A DNA stretch of 64,000 nucleotides from an uncultured Nitrososphaeraceae archaeon (GTDB lineage Archaea; Thermoproteota; Nitrososphaeria; Nitrososphaerales; Nitrososphaeraceae), in the NCBI GenBank assembly GCA_963729045.1, contig CAVSMN010000013.1, forward strand, positions 1-64,000, written 5' to 3'. The notes under the pieces are model-generated. The model ran no database searches and had not been told where the DNA came from. It saw nothing but the letters and a program-made list of their open reading frames with translations. Positions 1 to 11,369 of the stretch are shown one piece after another; position 1 is the stretch's first letter, and every line of letters begins with the position of its first letter. The position numbers and the translations under genes are program-made.

Positions 1-425
1 TTCCAGAGTTCTCTTGACTTTGGACGTTGATGTTGTTACCAGAACCTATTGTATCTGCACCTGATACTACTTGGCTGTTTTGGCTGGAGGATTGAGATTG
101 GCTGATGCTTTGTTCTGCAGAGTTTCCACCCTTCGTCCACCTTGTGCTAATGCGTTGTTTCCACTGTTCTTTTGGTGTTGGAAACTAAGGTTGTTGCATG
201 AGAGAAAGGTTGTTCCACCTGATACACATCCAGCATTTTGGTTTGATGATTGTGATTGGTCTATGGACTGTTTTGCTTTATTTTTCTTGTTGTGTGTGGC
301 AAAAGCATCATCTACATTGAGCATTGGACTGACAAATAGGGTTAATGCTACTACTATTGCAATTGATGCGACAAAGAGTTTGCTGTTTTTGTTTGTTTTT
401 GGTTGTGAATATTTGTTTTATTCAT
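1..425 (-). CDS. Secreted Q/N-rich C-x9-C repeat protein, 2-repeat type, copy 1 (runs off window; frameshifts near 385-400 and ~131)
   Basis: Near-identical DNA to 41918-42370; ATG at 425 (MNKTNIHNQ...), signal peptide ending DDAFA, QNAGCVSGGTTFLSCNN motif; indels in an A-rich run and at the GGQGG linker. Confidence 0.85.
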
Positions 426-505
426 ACCTTTGATACTATAGAAAAAATATATTGGGATTGCTAACTAGGTGCAATACTCTAATATTCTAGCAGTTTTAGA
501 ATTAG
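426..505 (-). promoter_or_regulatory. Conserved upstream element of Q/N repeat gene, copy 1
   Basis: Near-identical to 10584-10662 and 42371-42451. Confidence 0.75.
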
Positions 506-1035
506 ATAATAGATCAAAAAATTCAAGAAGAATCAGGTAGGAATTTAGAAAAAAAGATTAGAAAGTATATCAATTGAAGAATAATTTGGTTCACCCTAGA
601 TTAATTGCTCATGACTGAAAACGTTTCATCGGTTATTGAGGCTAGTTGTTATTGCAATAGATCTATCAATTGAAATCAAATTTCAATTCTTTTGAATGCA
701 TTTCCTAATGGCTAGTATTTGATTACAAGACATTTGACGTCCTCCTACAAGTGAAATGAAGATAAAAGAGTTGGAAATTTCATCCAAACACATCATAGCA
801 TCAAAACTTGACCCTACACAATAAGTTCAACCAAATTCATGTTTTATTATTACCTAGACTTTAGGTCTAAAAAAATTAATTAGTAGAACTATTAAGGAGA
901 TCATTTGGACATAAAATTATGAATTTTGTATGGTTTTTTAAACTAATAAACTAAAATTCGGATAATACCAGGTAAAAATCATATTTTATTATAAATTTAT
1001 GATATGTTTAATACGAGCCATCTATCTATATAGCC

Positions 1036-1392
1036 ATGGATTATGATAAGATTTGTAAGAGTGTTTTAGATATCGATCCAAAAGTTCGTTTTGCAGGCGT
1101 TTGTGATGAAACCGGTGAAACAAAATATGGTGGCATGAGAGATGGTAAACCTAGTCTACTTTCACCTCAAGAATCACAAAAATCTAATTTGCAAGCAGTG
1201 GGTAGATGGGGACTGAGAAAATCGCTAACTAGTAAAACGGGAAAGGGAATATATGCAATGACAGAATATGAAAAATTGAAACGAATAACATTTCCTTTGG
1301 ATGATGATGATCATCTCCTTGTGGTGACTACGGAAGTTGATGCAGATCACGGAAATATTATTAGCAATACTCTCAAATTAATTAATCAGTAA
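1036..1392 (+). CDS. DUF6659-like (roadblock/profilin-like) thaumarchaeal protein
   Basis: DPKVRFAGV...GGMR...YEKLKRITFPL pattern typical of this family. Confidence 0.7.
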   Translation: MDYDKICKSVLDIDPKVRFAGVCDETGETKYGGMRDGKPSLLSPQESQKSNLQAVGRWGLRKSLTSKTGKGIYAMTEYEKLKRITFPLDDDDHLLVVTTEVDADHGNIISNTLKLINQ

Positions 1393-1982
1393 CAAAAAAA
1401 GAAACAATCTACTTTTTTTGATCCTTTGCATATCCATTTTGAGATTAGCATAATAAATCCGATTTAGGGTCGGTACAAAGATACATGGGTATCTATAATC
1501 ACAACATCCTAGCGGTTGAACTACAATTTGTTAATCGATACAATAAAGCAATAAATTTAACCTTTACTGCACTTAGTTTTATATAGACTAAGAAGCAGAG
1601 GAGGTTGGGTAAGACATGTATAAATACAGAAGTAAATTAGAATGTCCGTTGATTAATTTATTTCACCTTGTCTATTAATTAGCCCTTTATGTTTGATAAA
1701 GATAGACAATTTTTTGTTGTTACCACAACAATTGTTTGTAGTAATTTTTTTCAATCAATACTAGTCTAATACTTCAGGGATGACTTTGAAAGGCATTGAA
1801 AATATTCTTTTTGAAATCACCTTTACTAGAATATACTAAAAGATATACCAATAATCGATATGTGTTTGTAATATGAGTCGACGTCGACTTCATGCAGCAA
1901 ACGATTTTAGTCAAAAGGAAAATTGTCCAGAAAACAACATATTCTATAAATCTTTTTAAAGCATGATCTTAAAATTTACTCT

Positions 1983-2807
1983 TTGAAGGAAGAGAATACC
2001 GACTCGGATAAGCAAGCAAATAATGACAAACTAGATGATGAAGATAGAAGGGTTCTAGAAGACATTATTTACAAAAAGAGTAATCAAACTGAAAAGGAAA
2101 CAGAAATTTTTGATCTAAAGACATTGGTTAATTTAAGGCAAGATCGATTATGGGGAGCAATAAAAGAAAGATATCGATACAACACATCCATTAAAAGAGG
2201 ACAAGACTATTTGCTAAGACATGTAGATTCTAAAGTATCATTAGTAGTAATGTATGCTGACTTGGTCGGCTCCACTAAGATGAGCATGACCCTGCCGGTA
2301 GAAAAATTAGTGACGGTTGTAAGGGCGTTTTCCCATGAAATGTCCTCAGCCATAGAAAGCCTTAATGGATATGTTCTAAAATATGCTGGTGACGCAGTTA
2401 TCGCTTTTTTTCCTTCCGGCTTCAACAAATATCTAACATGTGATAACACATTCAGATGCGCTGAATCCATGATTAACATCATTAAGGACGGTATCAATCC
2501 CATCTTAAGTAAACATGATTACCCAAGTCTTTCTGTCAAAATTGGTATCGACGAAGGGGAAAATATTGTATTTCAATACGGTTATGATAAGAGTTCTCAA
2601 GTTGATATTTTAGGTTACACAATGAATGTAACTTCGAAAATTACTTCTATTACATCACCCAATGAAATATCTGTTGGAGAAAATGTTTATAAATTACTAC
2701 ATCCACAAATTCAAACTAATTTTAAGCAAGTCAATTTTGAGAATAGTGATTGGAAATATATTGACATAAAAACAGGAAATCCTTACAAGGTTTATACCTT
2801 AAAGTAA
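1983..2807 (+). CDS. Class III adenylate/guanylate cyclase
   Basis: YADLVGST, LKYAGDAVIAFF, KIGID.G and DILGYTMN motifs. Confidence 0.9.
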   Translation: MKEENTDSDKQANNDKLDDEDRRVLEDIIYKKSNQTEKETEIFDLKTLVNLRQDRLWGAIKERYRYNTSIKRGQDYLLRHVDSKVSLVVMYADLVGSTKMSMTLPVEKLVTVVRAFSHEMSSAIESLNGYVLKYAGDAVIAFFPSGFNKYLTCDNTFRCAESMINIIKDGINPILSKHDYPSLSVKIGIDEGENIVFQYGYDKSSQVDILGYTMNVTSKITSITSPNEISVGENVYKLLHPQIQTNFKQVNFENSDWKYIDIKTGNPYKVYTLK

Positions 2808-3733
2808 TCGGACATCAGAATACCATCAACCCCGTTTGATCTTATTCCAATACTAATACTGATTATTTTTTCCCACTTTGATTACATCTGTACAACATAA
2901 TAATCCACAGGATTGTAATGGTACGCGTGGGCGGATATTTACACGAGCGTGTTCTACTTCAAATCTTCCTAGATATTGATTAAGTCAACTAATTCATCCA
3001 ATGAAATCTAGATCAAGATAGGAACATTCTGTGTCAAATACATTATAATCTGCAATGATCATATGATTTTTTCACTAGTAATAATATATCCAATTATTTT
3101 TTACTTTAGATGATATTTTTAGTGAAGGACTAGCACACAGGATAATAACAGTCTAAATTGATTAATACGAATTAATAGGACTGATTAGATCCTTTAATTA
3201 TTTAGAGATCATAAATGAGCTATGGGATAATCCTAACAGGAATAAGACATCTCATTCATTTTAATATCAAAATTAAATAAATATAATGTCACTTCTAAAT
3301 GTTCAAAATCAAATATCTTTATAGGAATTCCATTACATTATATATCTAATATTTTATTGTATGAAAACATTTGGGAAACGATCCAATTGTTTATTATTTG
3401 CTACTAGTAGTGAGATCTCAACATTACGATCTAGAAACAATATCCCATTGTATAAATGGGAAGATAACAATCAATCAACTGTATTTCCCAATATACAATA
3501 GCTATATCCAATTTCCTTTTTCAAACAATTCTTATCTCGTGTTTGTCAACTTAAGCTTGCCAAAAATTTGTGATTATCCATTTCTTATAAATCTCCTGAA
3601 ACATTCGTAGAATATACAAACAGGTTAAATTCTACTCATATTGAAAGACAACTCTACGTCAAACTAACATATATTATTAGAATATCAAATATGGTTATAT
3701 AGAAGATTTTGGTAATTTAAGGCAAGTTAGCTT

Positions 3734-4825
3734 ATGGTTCAGCGGACTATCGAGTCCTATTTGGAGCAATTAGAATATGGTTACACACTGTTAGGAGAAG
3801 AAAGAATTCCAATAGACAATATTGCACCTATAGATAAAGGTAAATCCAGTCATCTCTCCTTTTGTTCTTCGGATGATTATGAGGGTTTACAATCTATTCT
3901 AAGATCTAGTTCCGGTATAATCCTATGTAAAAAAAGTCTTGTAGGAACTATTCGTCAAAAAAATAAATTTATCAACAAAAGCATGCCAAAACTCTTTGTA
4001 TTTGTAGATAATCCACGACTTGTATTTATAAAAATAGTCAGACTAATGAAAGATCATAAAGATAATAGAAAAGGTGTTTCTAAACACGCTATCATAGCAG
4101 ATTCAGCCAAAATTGGAAGAGATTGCTACATAGGAGATTTGACAATAGTCGGAGATAAGTGTATAGTAGGAGATAATACAATACTAGACTCTAGAGTTGT
4201 ACTAAAAAATAGCATAGTTGGAAACAATTGTACTCTTCAATCAGGAAGTATCATAGGTGAAGATGGATTTGCATTTGAGAGAAACAATAATAATATGAGT
4301 CTTGAAAAGTTTCCACATTATGGGAAGGTTATTATCGAAAACAATGTAGAAATTTTTGCTAATTGCTCTATTGCGCGTGGTTCTCTTACAAATACAGTAA
4401 TTAAAGAAGGCACCAAAATTGATGCCTTATGTCATATTGCTCATAATGTTCACATTGGAAAAAATACACAAGTTACTGCAGGAGTAGTTGTAGGCGGGAG
4501 TACAGTTATTGGCAATAGCTGCTGGCTGGGTCTTAATAGCACCATAAAACACAAACTAAAGATAGGAAATAGCGTAATTGTAGGATCAGGAAGTTCCGTA
4601 ATTCATAGTGTGGAAGACAAAGATATTGTGGCTGGAAATCCTGCAAAGTCCATAAAGAACAAGATAACGATGAGTGATGATAAGCTTTTTCTAATGGGAG
4701 GACAATCAAAAGAGAATCAAAATAAAGAACACAGATTTACATTGCGGAAAAAAGATTATCCTATCAAACTAAAGGGGTTGACATGTCTAAATATCTTGAT
4801 TGGTACTTTCTTGACTACAATTTAG
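3734..4825 (+). CDS. LpxD-like hexapeptide-repeat (left-handed beta-helix) acyltransferase
   Basis: LpxD-like N-domain (DNPRLVF), IGEDGFAF, HYGKVIIENNVEI, TKIDALCHIAHNVHIG, VAGNPAK. Confidence 0.85.
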   Translation: MVQRTIESYLEQLEYGYTLLGEERIPIDNIAPIDKGKSSHLSFCSSDDYEGLQSILRSSSGIILCKKSLVGTIRQKNKFINKSMPKLFVFVDNPRLVFIKIVRLMKDHKDNRKGVSKHAIIADSAKIGRDCYIGDLTIVGDKCIVGDNTILDSRVVLKNSIVGNNCTLQSGSIIGEDGFAFERNNNNMSLEKFPHYGKVIIENNVEIFANCSIARGSLTNTVIKEGTKIDALCHIAHNVHIGKNTQVTAGVVVGGSTVIGNSCWLGLNSTIKHKLKIGNSVIVGSGSSVIHSVEDKDIVAGNPAKSIKNKITMSDDKLFLMGGQSKENQNKEHRFTLRKKDYPIKLKGLTCLNILIGTFLTTI

Positions 4826-5091
4826 GAAATTAGACCATAATCAGACATCTAGTAAGAGTTAAAGAACAATCATCTTTATTATATTATAAAACAATTTCAT
4901 TTATACACTCGTACTAATTTATTATATGATTTGCGGTGCTCCATGACAGTAATGTTCATGAACTTTTTTTGAAATTTAGAAACTAACTACTAAATCAAAT
5001 TCAAATTGCTATAAAAACACAAATATTTCTTGAAAATTATTATAAAAACATTGATCGGTAAACTTTAATCTATTATAAGTAAAGATGAACT

Positions 5092-6756
5092 ATGTATAAA
5101 ACGAAACATTTAGTTTCTTTTTTTATTTCATCAGTTATTTTACTTTCTTTAGCAATCATTCCATACAGTGTCCATTTATCCTTTGCCGCTTACGCAAAGG
5201 CACCAGTGGCTCCTCGTGGACCTACCATTAAAGATGACAAGCTTGTTGTTGAAAAAATTACTGACACTTTGGACTTTCCCACCAGTATGGCTTTTTTGGG
5301 GCCCAATGATATACTAGTTACCGAGAAAGTAACAGGAAAAGTTATGAGGATACTTGACGGTCAAGTGCAAGACAAGCCTGTACTGGATGTACCCGTGGCT
5401 AGTACCATTGAACGGGGCCTACTAGGTATTGCGGTATCTAAACAAATTGATGGAAAAACGTATGTTTTCTTATCTTATACGGAATCTGGAGATGGAGTAG
5501 ATGGTAGTGATTTTACGGATCAGACAGATCCATTGGGGGATAGACTATATCGTTATGAATTTGTTGATGGTCGATTAATAAATCCTGTTCTTTTGTTAGA
5601 TTTAACCGCTATTCCCGATAATGGTAGAGGTGAGCACAATGGCGGTAAGATCTTGATAGGGCCCGATAATAATATTTACTATGTAATTGGCGAGGTCGGT
5701 GGTCATAGAACACAGGCTCAAAATATAGTGGACGGTCCAGCCCCTAACGGTCTTGGAGGCATCCTCAGAATTACACAGGACGGCAGTGTAGTAGATGATG
5801 GTTCTATATTTGGCAAAGGATTGCCTCTGAACGTTTACTATGCCATGGGTATTAGGAATAGCTTTGGTATGGATTTTGACCCGTTAACTGGAAACCTCTG
5901 GGACACAGAAAATGGACCCACTGCTGGTGATGAAATTAATTTAGTATATCCAGGATTTAATAGTGGCTGGTCATTAATTCAAGGATTTTCAAAGAATGAT
6001 TTTCAGGGTACCGGTGCAACCTCGGATGATCTAGTATATTTTGGCAAAGGATCATATGCTGAACCTAAATTCGAATGGGTAACTCCAATCGGAATCACTG
6101 CATTGAAATTCTTAAATTCTGGTAAGTTAGGACAAGAATATCAAAACAATATGTTTGTAGGTGATATTGACAACGGTCTTTTATATCGATTTGTCCTTAA
6201 TCAGGCTAGAAATAGTATACTTATAAACGATACTTCCTTAGGAGATATCAAATCATTAGCAGATTATGAGGTTAATGATCCCAAAGAAAATCAACCTGTA
6301 GTATTTGGTCAAGGCTTTGGCGGGATAACCGATATTGAGGTGGGACCAGATGGATATCTATATGTATTAAGTTATACGGGATCGCTATTTAGGATTTTAC
6401 CATATTCAGATGGTGTAGATGGAAAAGAGCATCAACTCATGGATACAACCGAAACTAACGATACTGAAAATAATAACTCTGTACCTGTATCCATTGCAGG
6501 AATAAATGGAGATAATTCATATTCACCAAATCCTGTGAAAATACAAAAAGGTCAAACTGTAACTTGGTATAATGGAGACGCCATTTCTCATACTGTCACA
6601 TCTGGTCTAGATGGTGAGACGGATGCAGGGACGATATTTGATTCGGATGCAATAATACCAAATCAGCACTATAGTATAACGTTTGATAATACTGGTGACT
6701 ATCAATACTATTGCATTTATCACCCATCCATGGTAGGCGAAATTATAGTGGAATGA
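5092..6756 (+). CDS. Secreted PQQ-dependent glucose/sorbosone dehydrogenase-family beta-propeller with C-terminal type-1 cupredoxin
   Basis: Signal peptide; ERGLLG, HNGGKI, GIRNSFGMDFDP, DEIN motifs; C-terminal SHTVT and YYCIYHPSM Cu ligands. Confidence 0.9.
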   Translation: MYKTKHLVSFFISSVILLSLAIIPYSVHLSFAAYAKAPVAPRGPTIKDDKLVVEKITDTLDFPTSMAFLGPNDILVTEKVTGKVMRILDGQVQDKPVLDVPVASTIERGLLGIAVSKQIDGKTYVFLSYTESGDGVDGSDFTDQTDPLGDRLYRYEFVDGRLINPVLLLDLTAIPDNGRGEHNGGKILIGPDNNIYYVIGEVGGHRTQAQNIVDGPAPNGLGGILRITQDGSVVDDGSIFGKGLPLNVYYAMGIRNSFGMDFDPLTGNLWDTENGPTAGDEINLVYPGFNSGWSLIQGFSKNDFQGTGATSDDLVYFGKGSYAEPKFEWVTPIGITALKFLNSGKLGQEYQNNMFVGDIDNGLLYRFVLNQARNSILINDTSLGDIKSLADYEVNDPKENQPVVFGQGFGGITDIEVGPDGYLYVLSYTGSLFRILPYSDGVDGKEHQLMDTTETNDTENNNSVPVSIAGINGDNSYSPNPVKIQKGQTVTWYNGDAISHTVTSGLDGETDAGTIFDSDAIIPNQHYSITFDNTGDYQYYCIYHPSMVGEIIVE

Positions 6757-6904
6757 TTAATTGTGTAATAGATCTAATAACAGAGTTATAGGCAGAAATG
6801 ATATATCTCAATCATTTTAACGAAAAAAGGTAGAGGTTATCATAATAATGTGAAATTGGATAAATTTTTTGTTCATTTAATATTTAGATTTCTAATACTT
6901 GATT

Positions 6905-7583
6905 TTAAAGTGACCATTTCGTTTTTAAATTTTTAATAATTCTGATCATTTGAAAATATTTTGTCTCCAATTCTTTCTCTTTCCATAGAATAACAAAAGA
7001 TACTCCAACCCCAAGGAGTATTCCGCCCAAGACATCCAATGGATAATGACCCCCTATATACAAGCGTGAAAAACAAACCGAAGTTGCTTCAGTTGTTAAG
7101 AATAAAGCCACAAGGACTGAATGGACGATCTTCTCATCAGTTCCAAAGTAACTGTTGCTCCTGTAGTGATCATCAGAGGATGACCAGATGGAAAAGCGTA
7201 CTCAAAATCTCCAGCTATCCAAAAAGTCGGATTCATGAATAACTGGTCTTGGTCTTTCAATAATTTCCTTTGTGATAATTCCTATGGGTATGAATACGAT
7301 CATTAATATTAAAATACGAAAGGCAAGTCTTTCTACCTGTCTTTCTACCGAAAATAAACAGGAAAAGTATTGCCAGTATCCAGAATACTTCTAGTCCATA
7401 CCAGCTCAAGTATATCATCATTTGATTGAGAACCTGAAAATGAGAATTATTTATTCTTAGAAAGAATCTATTATCTGTATTTGTCAATGAATTACTTTTT
7501 AAATTTGATTTAGGTGAAATGACCACTGCCAAAATAATAAAAGCAGATATAGTAATTATAAAAAAAAGATACTTATTAATCAA
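6905..7583 (-). CDS. PAP2-family membrane phosphatase, split by frameshifts
   Basis: Motifs KEIIERPRP (~7245-7270), YAFPSGH (~7180-7200) and SRLYIGGHYPLDVLGG are recovered across different frames. Confidence 0.85.
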
Positions 7584-7762
7584 AAGATCCCACCCTTAGG
7601 TTTAGACAAGTTGTTATTAAACCAAACTTTATTTTGAATTAAATCCAGGTAGAATAAGATATAGTAGAAATATTTCTAGTCACATTTCATATCAATAGTA
7701 TATCTACTAATTTTTATTGAACCCATTAGTTTGAGATATGTTCTCATCTAAATACCAGATGC

Positions 7763-8440
7763 GGCTCTGTTAACTTACCGATAAATCTATAGCTTAAAGA
7801 TGGCCTATTTCCAGTATGTCCAGTACAAGAAATAGAACATCTTCATCATATATTGGTCGTGCATTGTATTTGTTACTTTCTAGGTTTGTCGACAAGAAAC
7901 GTTGCTAAAGCCATGTTTTGTTTCCGCAAGGTCAAGAGAAGTCATGTTGCGATCTGGAAGTGGATTCAAAAGTATCATCCTAAAAAGATATTATCAAAGA
8001 GAAAAAGGATTTCAGAATTTATCATCGACGAGACATTGCTTAAAGTTGGATTTGAATTCATCTGGTTATGGGTAGTAATAGAGCCCGAAAATAGGCAAAT
8101 TCTCGCACTATCTATTTCAAAGGAAAGAAACATGTTTGTTGCTGAGAGGTTCATCTCAGATGTAATAAAGAATCATGGAAAACATCCAGTTTCCACAGAT
8201 GGTGGCACATGGTATCCACAAGCATGTAGGTTCCTAAAACTAAAACACCATATCTATTCTTCGTTTGAGAAAAGTCTCATTGAAAGAACAATGCAGTATA
8301 TCAAAGATCGAACTGAAAGTTTTGATGACTACTTTCCTTGTAGGTTGAAGAATTGCAAACTAAATCATGTACGGAACTGGTTGAATCTGTTTGTCAATTA
8401 CCATAACGAGGAGAAAATTCATCCTTAAGTTAACAGGGCC
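7763..8440 (+). mobile_element. Complete IS6-family insertion sequence (678 bp)
   Basis: Terminal IRs GGCTCTGTTAACTTA (7763-7777) / TAAGTTAACAGGGCC (8426-8440), 14/15 match; 8-bp direct repeat CCAGATGC at 7755-7762 and 8441-8448. Confidence 0.95.
7816..8428 (+). CDS. IS6-family DDE transposase (+1 frameshift near 7873)
   Basis: MSSTRNRT...ALYL/YFLGLSTR, SHVAIWKWIQK, IDET, STDGG, IER motifs. Confidence 0.9.
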
Positions 8441-8679
8441 CCAGATGCATAGGAAACATATAAAGGAAATAATGGATAGTTTTAATAAAATATTTACTGC
8501 AATGTTTTATGGGTTGTCACATGATGACTAAATGTGTCACTTTTTTTTATAACCATATTACCACAAGGAACATAATCCCTTTGGATAAGAACATATTTAA
8601 TAATGTATTTCAAATATGTACAAATCCTTTTGGCTTATTTTTGGGAAATAAAATTTGTTAGTATGAAAACTACTACAAG

Positions 8680-9273
8680 TTATTGCTTTGCAATTTGGCC
8701 ACGAATTTCGCTATCCATACCAAACAAACTTAGAGAGTCATGATGATATGTATAAACTTGTACATATGCACTACCATTATTAAAAAGCTTGACTAAATCT
8801 GTAATGTTTTTGCTACCTGCTAAGGGTCCAAATTCAAAGGCCTGTGTAAATACTGTTCCATTGAAGAAGAGTTTAGTTCGTTCATTTTCTGAATCAGCAG
8901 ATGTGCAACAAATTTCTGAAGGTAGGGATGTCGTTTTTTGATACAAAGTAACCAAAGCAGGTCCATTATCATTCTCATTGCCCAAGTGAACTTCAACTTT
9001 TCCCACATCACTATGTATATTTGTGAGATTTATTTCATAATATAATTCATTATTGTCGTAGTAATGATCATTGGTAATAAATTTAACAATACCCATTGCA
9101 TTTGTGTTTACAGGCGGTATGTTGTTATCACCAGTTAGGTTCGCTATATATGATTGATTTTGTTGTGGCTGTTGCAATAACTTTGATTCAGATGATACAA
9201 CTGTTTCAGTCATCTGAATAATAAAATACAATGATGCAAGTATCGTAATCGATAAAGTTAATGCGACATACAT
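8680..9273 (-). CDS. Membrane-anchored or secreted CHRD domain protein
   Basis: ANLTG..IPPVNTNAMG, HLG..NGP, AYVQV.T, EIRGQI. Confidence 0.85.
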   Translation of the reverse strand: MYVALTLSITILASLYFIIQMTETVVSSESKLLQQPQQNQSYIANLTGDNNIPPVNTNAMGIVKFITNDHYYDNNELYYEINLTNIHSDVGKVEVHLGNENDNGPALVTLYQKTTSLPSEICCTSADSENERTKLFFNGTVFTQAFEFGPLAGSKNITDLVKLFNNGSAYVQVYTYHHDSLSLFGMDSEIRGQIAKQ

Positions 9274-9786
9274 GACCTAACGTAAGTAGCATTAGTTTAA
9301 TTATTAAATATTTATTAGTAAAGGAAATTCATGGACTCCTTTTTGTAGATGCTTCACATAAATGACCTAACGGTCTTTTGGATAATTGTTAGTTTATTAA
9401 CATAGCGTGATGGATGGTGAATTATATACTCTTGGGTTTCTCATGACCACGGTCGAGTAAAATCTTTGATAAAACCCATATCAAAATGAATTTAGTGCCT
9501 ACGGCTCCATTCAAGGTATTAAATTGTTGAATTATCACTAACATAACGATATAACGTGCTTTTTTAAGAATATCAAATCTACTATGAAATGTCGTAGAAC
9601 CCTATTGCCACTAGGAACTTGATCCCCATGCGCCCAGACTAATTTTAGGTATACTATCTGTTATATACTGGCGTAGAATTATTGGACCATGATAACACAT
9701 CTTTCATTAAATCGGCGAGTCTCTGAGATGATGAAGTATAAGATTGATGTAATGGTTCAAACTTACAATGCTTTTATTCTTCAAGA

Positions 9787-10275
9787 ATGATCTCAAATAA
9801 CATGAAGATCCTTAAAGCGATTCCCGAGATTCCTAGTATGACTATGGAGGAGGCTGAGCGATTCTTCGAAAGCAAATTAAATTTACAGTTCGCTACCATT
9901 GATAATAAAGGCGATCCTAACATTCAACCGGTATGGTTCTACTACGATAAAACTGAAGAAAAACTATTCCTCATGACGGGTAAAATGACTAATAAGAGTC
10001 AGAATGTCAGAGAAAGACCTACCATCTATTTCTGTATTGAAGATGGAAACAGTCCATATAAAGGTGTAAAAGGTAAAGGTGTAGCTACTATTTTTGATGA
10101 TCTTAAAACAGTCATTTCAATATCTGAAAAAATAATCATAAAATATTTGGGTACACTTGATCATCCAATGGCAAAAGTTATTAGTGAACGCTCCAAAAGC
10201 GGAGAAGGGGTCATAATTGAAATAAAACCAAAGTTTTTCTCTACATGGGATTTTGGTAAGATGTCTATGCTCTAA
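9787..10275 (+). CDS. Pyridoxamine 5'-phosphate oxidase-like split beta-barrel (possibly F420-dependent)
   Basis: ATIDNKGDPNIQPVWF, K..N...P, YKGVKGKG, STWDF. Confidence 0.85.
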   Translation: MISNNMKILKAIPEIPSMTMEEAERFFESKLNLQFATIDNKGDPNIQPVWFYYDKTEEKLFLMTGKMTNKSQNVRERPTIYFCIEDGNSPYKGVKGKGVATIFDDLKTVISISEKIIIKYLGTLDHPMAKVISERSKSGEGVIIEIKPKFFSTWDFGKMSML

Positions 10276-10583
10276 CTGCTAAGTGGATAAGTTAAGAGAA
10301 TTGGATTGAATTCTGGTTAGAAGAGTGGAAGGTTCATTGAAATGTGATTCTACTCTTGCTCTAAAATTTCGGTTTATTCAGTAAATGGTTAAGTATACCC
10401 AGATACAATTAACTTTAGAATCCTATTTAAAATACCGATATCAGCATAATCTTAACCGATAAGAATCGTTACTATAAACCATATCTTATCCATCTAAGAT
10501 AGGGGTCTAATATGGATAATCAGATCAAACATTATTTGTGTTATTGAACCCCATAGTGCCTATTAGTTTACGATTTCATAAGT

Positions 10584-10662
10584 TAATTCTAAAACTGCTA
10601 GAATATTAGAGTATTGCACCTAGTTAGCAATCCCAATATATTTTTTCCATAGTATCAAAGGT
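10584..10662 (+). promoter_or_regulatory. Conserved upstream element of Q/N repeat gene, copy 2
   Basis: AATTCTAAAACTGC-TAGAATAT-TAGAGTAT-TGCACCTAGTTAGCAA-TCCCAATATATTTT; TATA-like box about 20-28 nt before ATG. Confidence 0.75.
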
Positions 10663-11104
10663 ATGAATAAAACAAATATTCACAACCAAAACAAAAACAG
10701 CAAACTCATTGTCGCATCAATTGCAATAGTAGTAGCATTAGCTCTTTTCGCAAGTCCCATAGTGGCTATGGATGATGCTTTTGCAACTAAAAAGAAAGGA
10801 AATAAGGCCTCACAGTCTATATCCCAATCGCAAGCATCAAACCAAAATGCTGGATGTGTATCAGGTGGAACAACCTTTCTCTCATGCAACAACCTTAGTT
10901 TCCAACACCAAAAGAACAGTGGAAACAACGCATTAGCACAAGGGTGGACAGGGTGGAAACTCTGCAGAACAAAGCATCAGCCAATCTCAATCCTCCAGCC
11001 AAAACAGCCAAGTAGTATCAGGTGCAGATACAATAGGTTCTGGTAACAACATCAACGTCCAAAGTCAAGAAAATACAGGAAGCAACGCATTAGCACAAGG
11101 ATAA
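10663..11104 (+). CDS. Secreted Q/N-rich C-x9-C repeat protein, 2-repeat type, copy 2 (+1 frameshift ~10942)
   Basis: Removing one G at CAAGGGTGG restores the frame of 41918-42370 through NALAQG-TAA (11102-11104); T-rich tract follows. Confidence 0.88.
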
Positions 11105-11159
11105 TTCCAAGAATTTTTATTTTTTTGGAAAACGTTGACTAAACCAGAGGAAATAGTCA

Positions 11160-11369
11160 TTGCACAATATAGATTCTTGTAGAAAATGTGGATCTGTTTT
11201 AGAACCTCATCAAATATGCATGAATGTATCTAATTCTTCATGTGAAGAAGTCATTACTTGGAATTGTCTTAATTGTAATAATATCGAAGAACATTTTCAT
11301 AGTAACCATTATTTCTTTTCCAACTCGATTGACAATAGCTTAACAAGAATTTGTAAGTTATTCACATAG
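11160..11369 (+). CDS. Small zinc-ribbon-like protein
   Basis: CRKC...C...C...WNCLNC...HFH; TTG start. Confidence 0.55.
   Translation: MHNIDSCRKCGSVLEPHQICMNVSNSSCEEVITWNCLNCNNIEEHFHSNHYFFSNSIDNSLTRICKLFT

Noticed and set aside
71..433. Antisense ORFs over repeat genes (71-433, 10680-10928, 45165-45386, 38193-38375) and similar shadows elsewhere
   Set aside because: Mirror frames of well-supported genes on the opposite strand
1876..1889. Perfect 14-bp palindrome AGTCGACGTCGACT upstream of the first cyclase
   Set aside because: Single occurrence with no second instance or linked regulator seen
10935..10955. Programmed frameshift at the GGQGG linker (copies 1 and 2 both shift here)
   Set aside because: The indels differ (+2 and +1), copy 3 is intact, and G-run errors are common in this window; revisit only if reads confirm them
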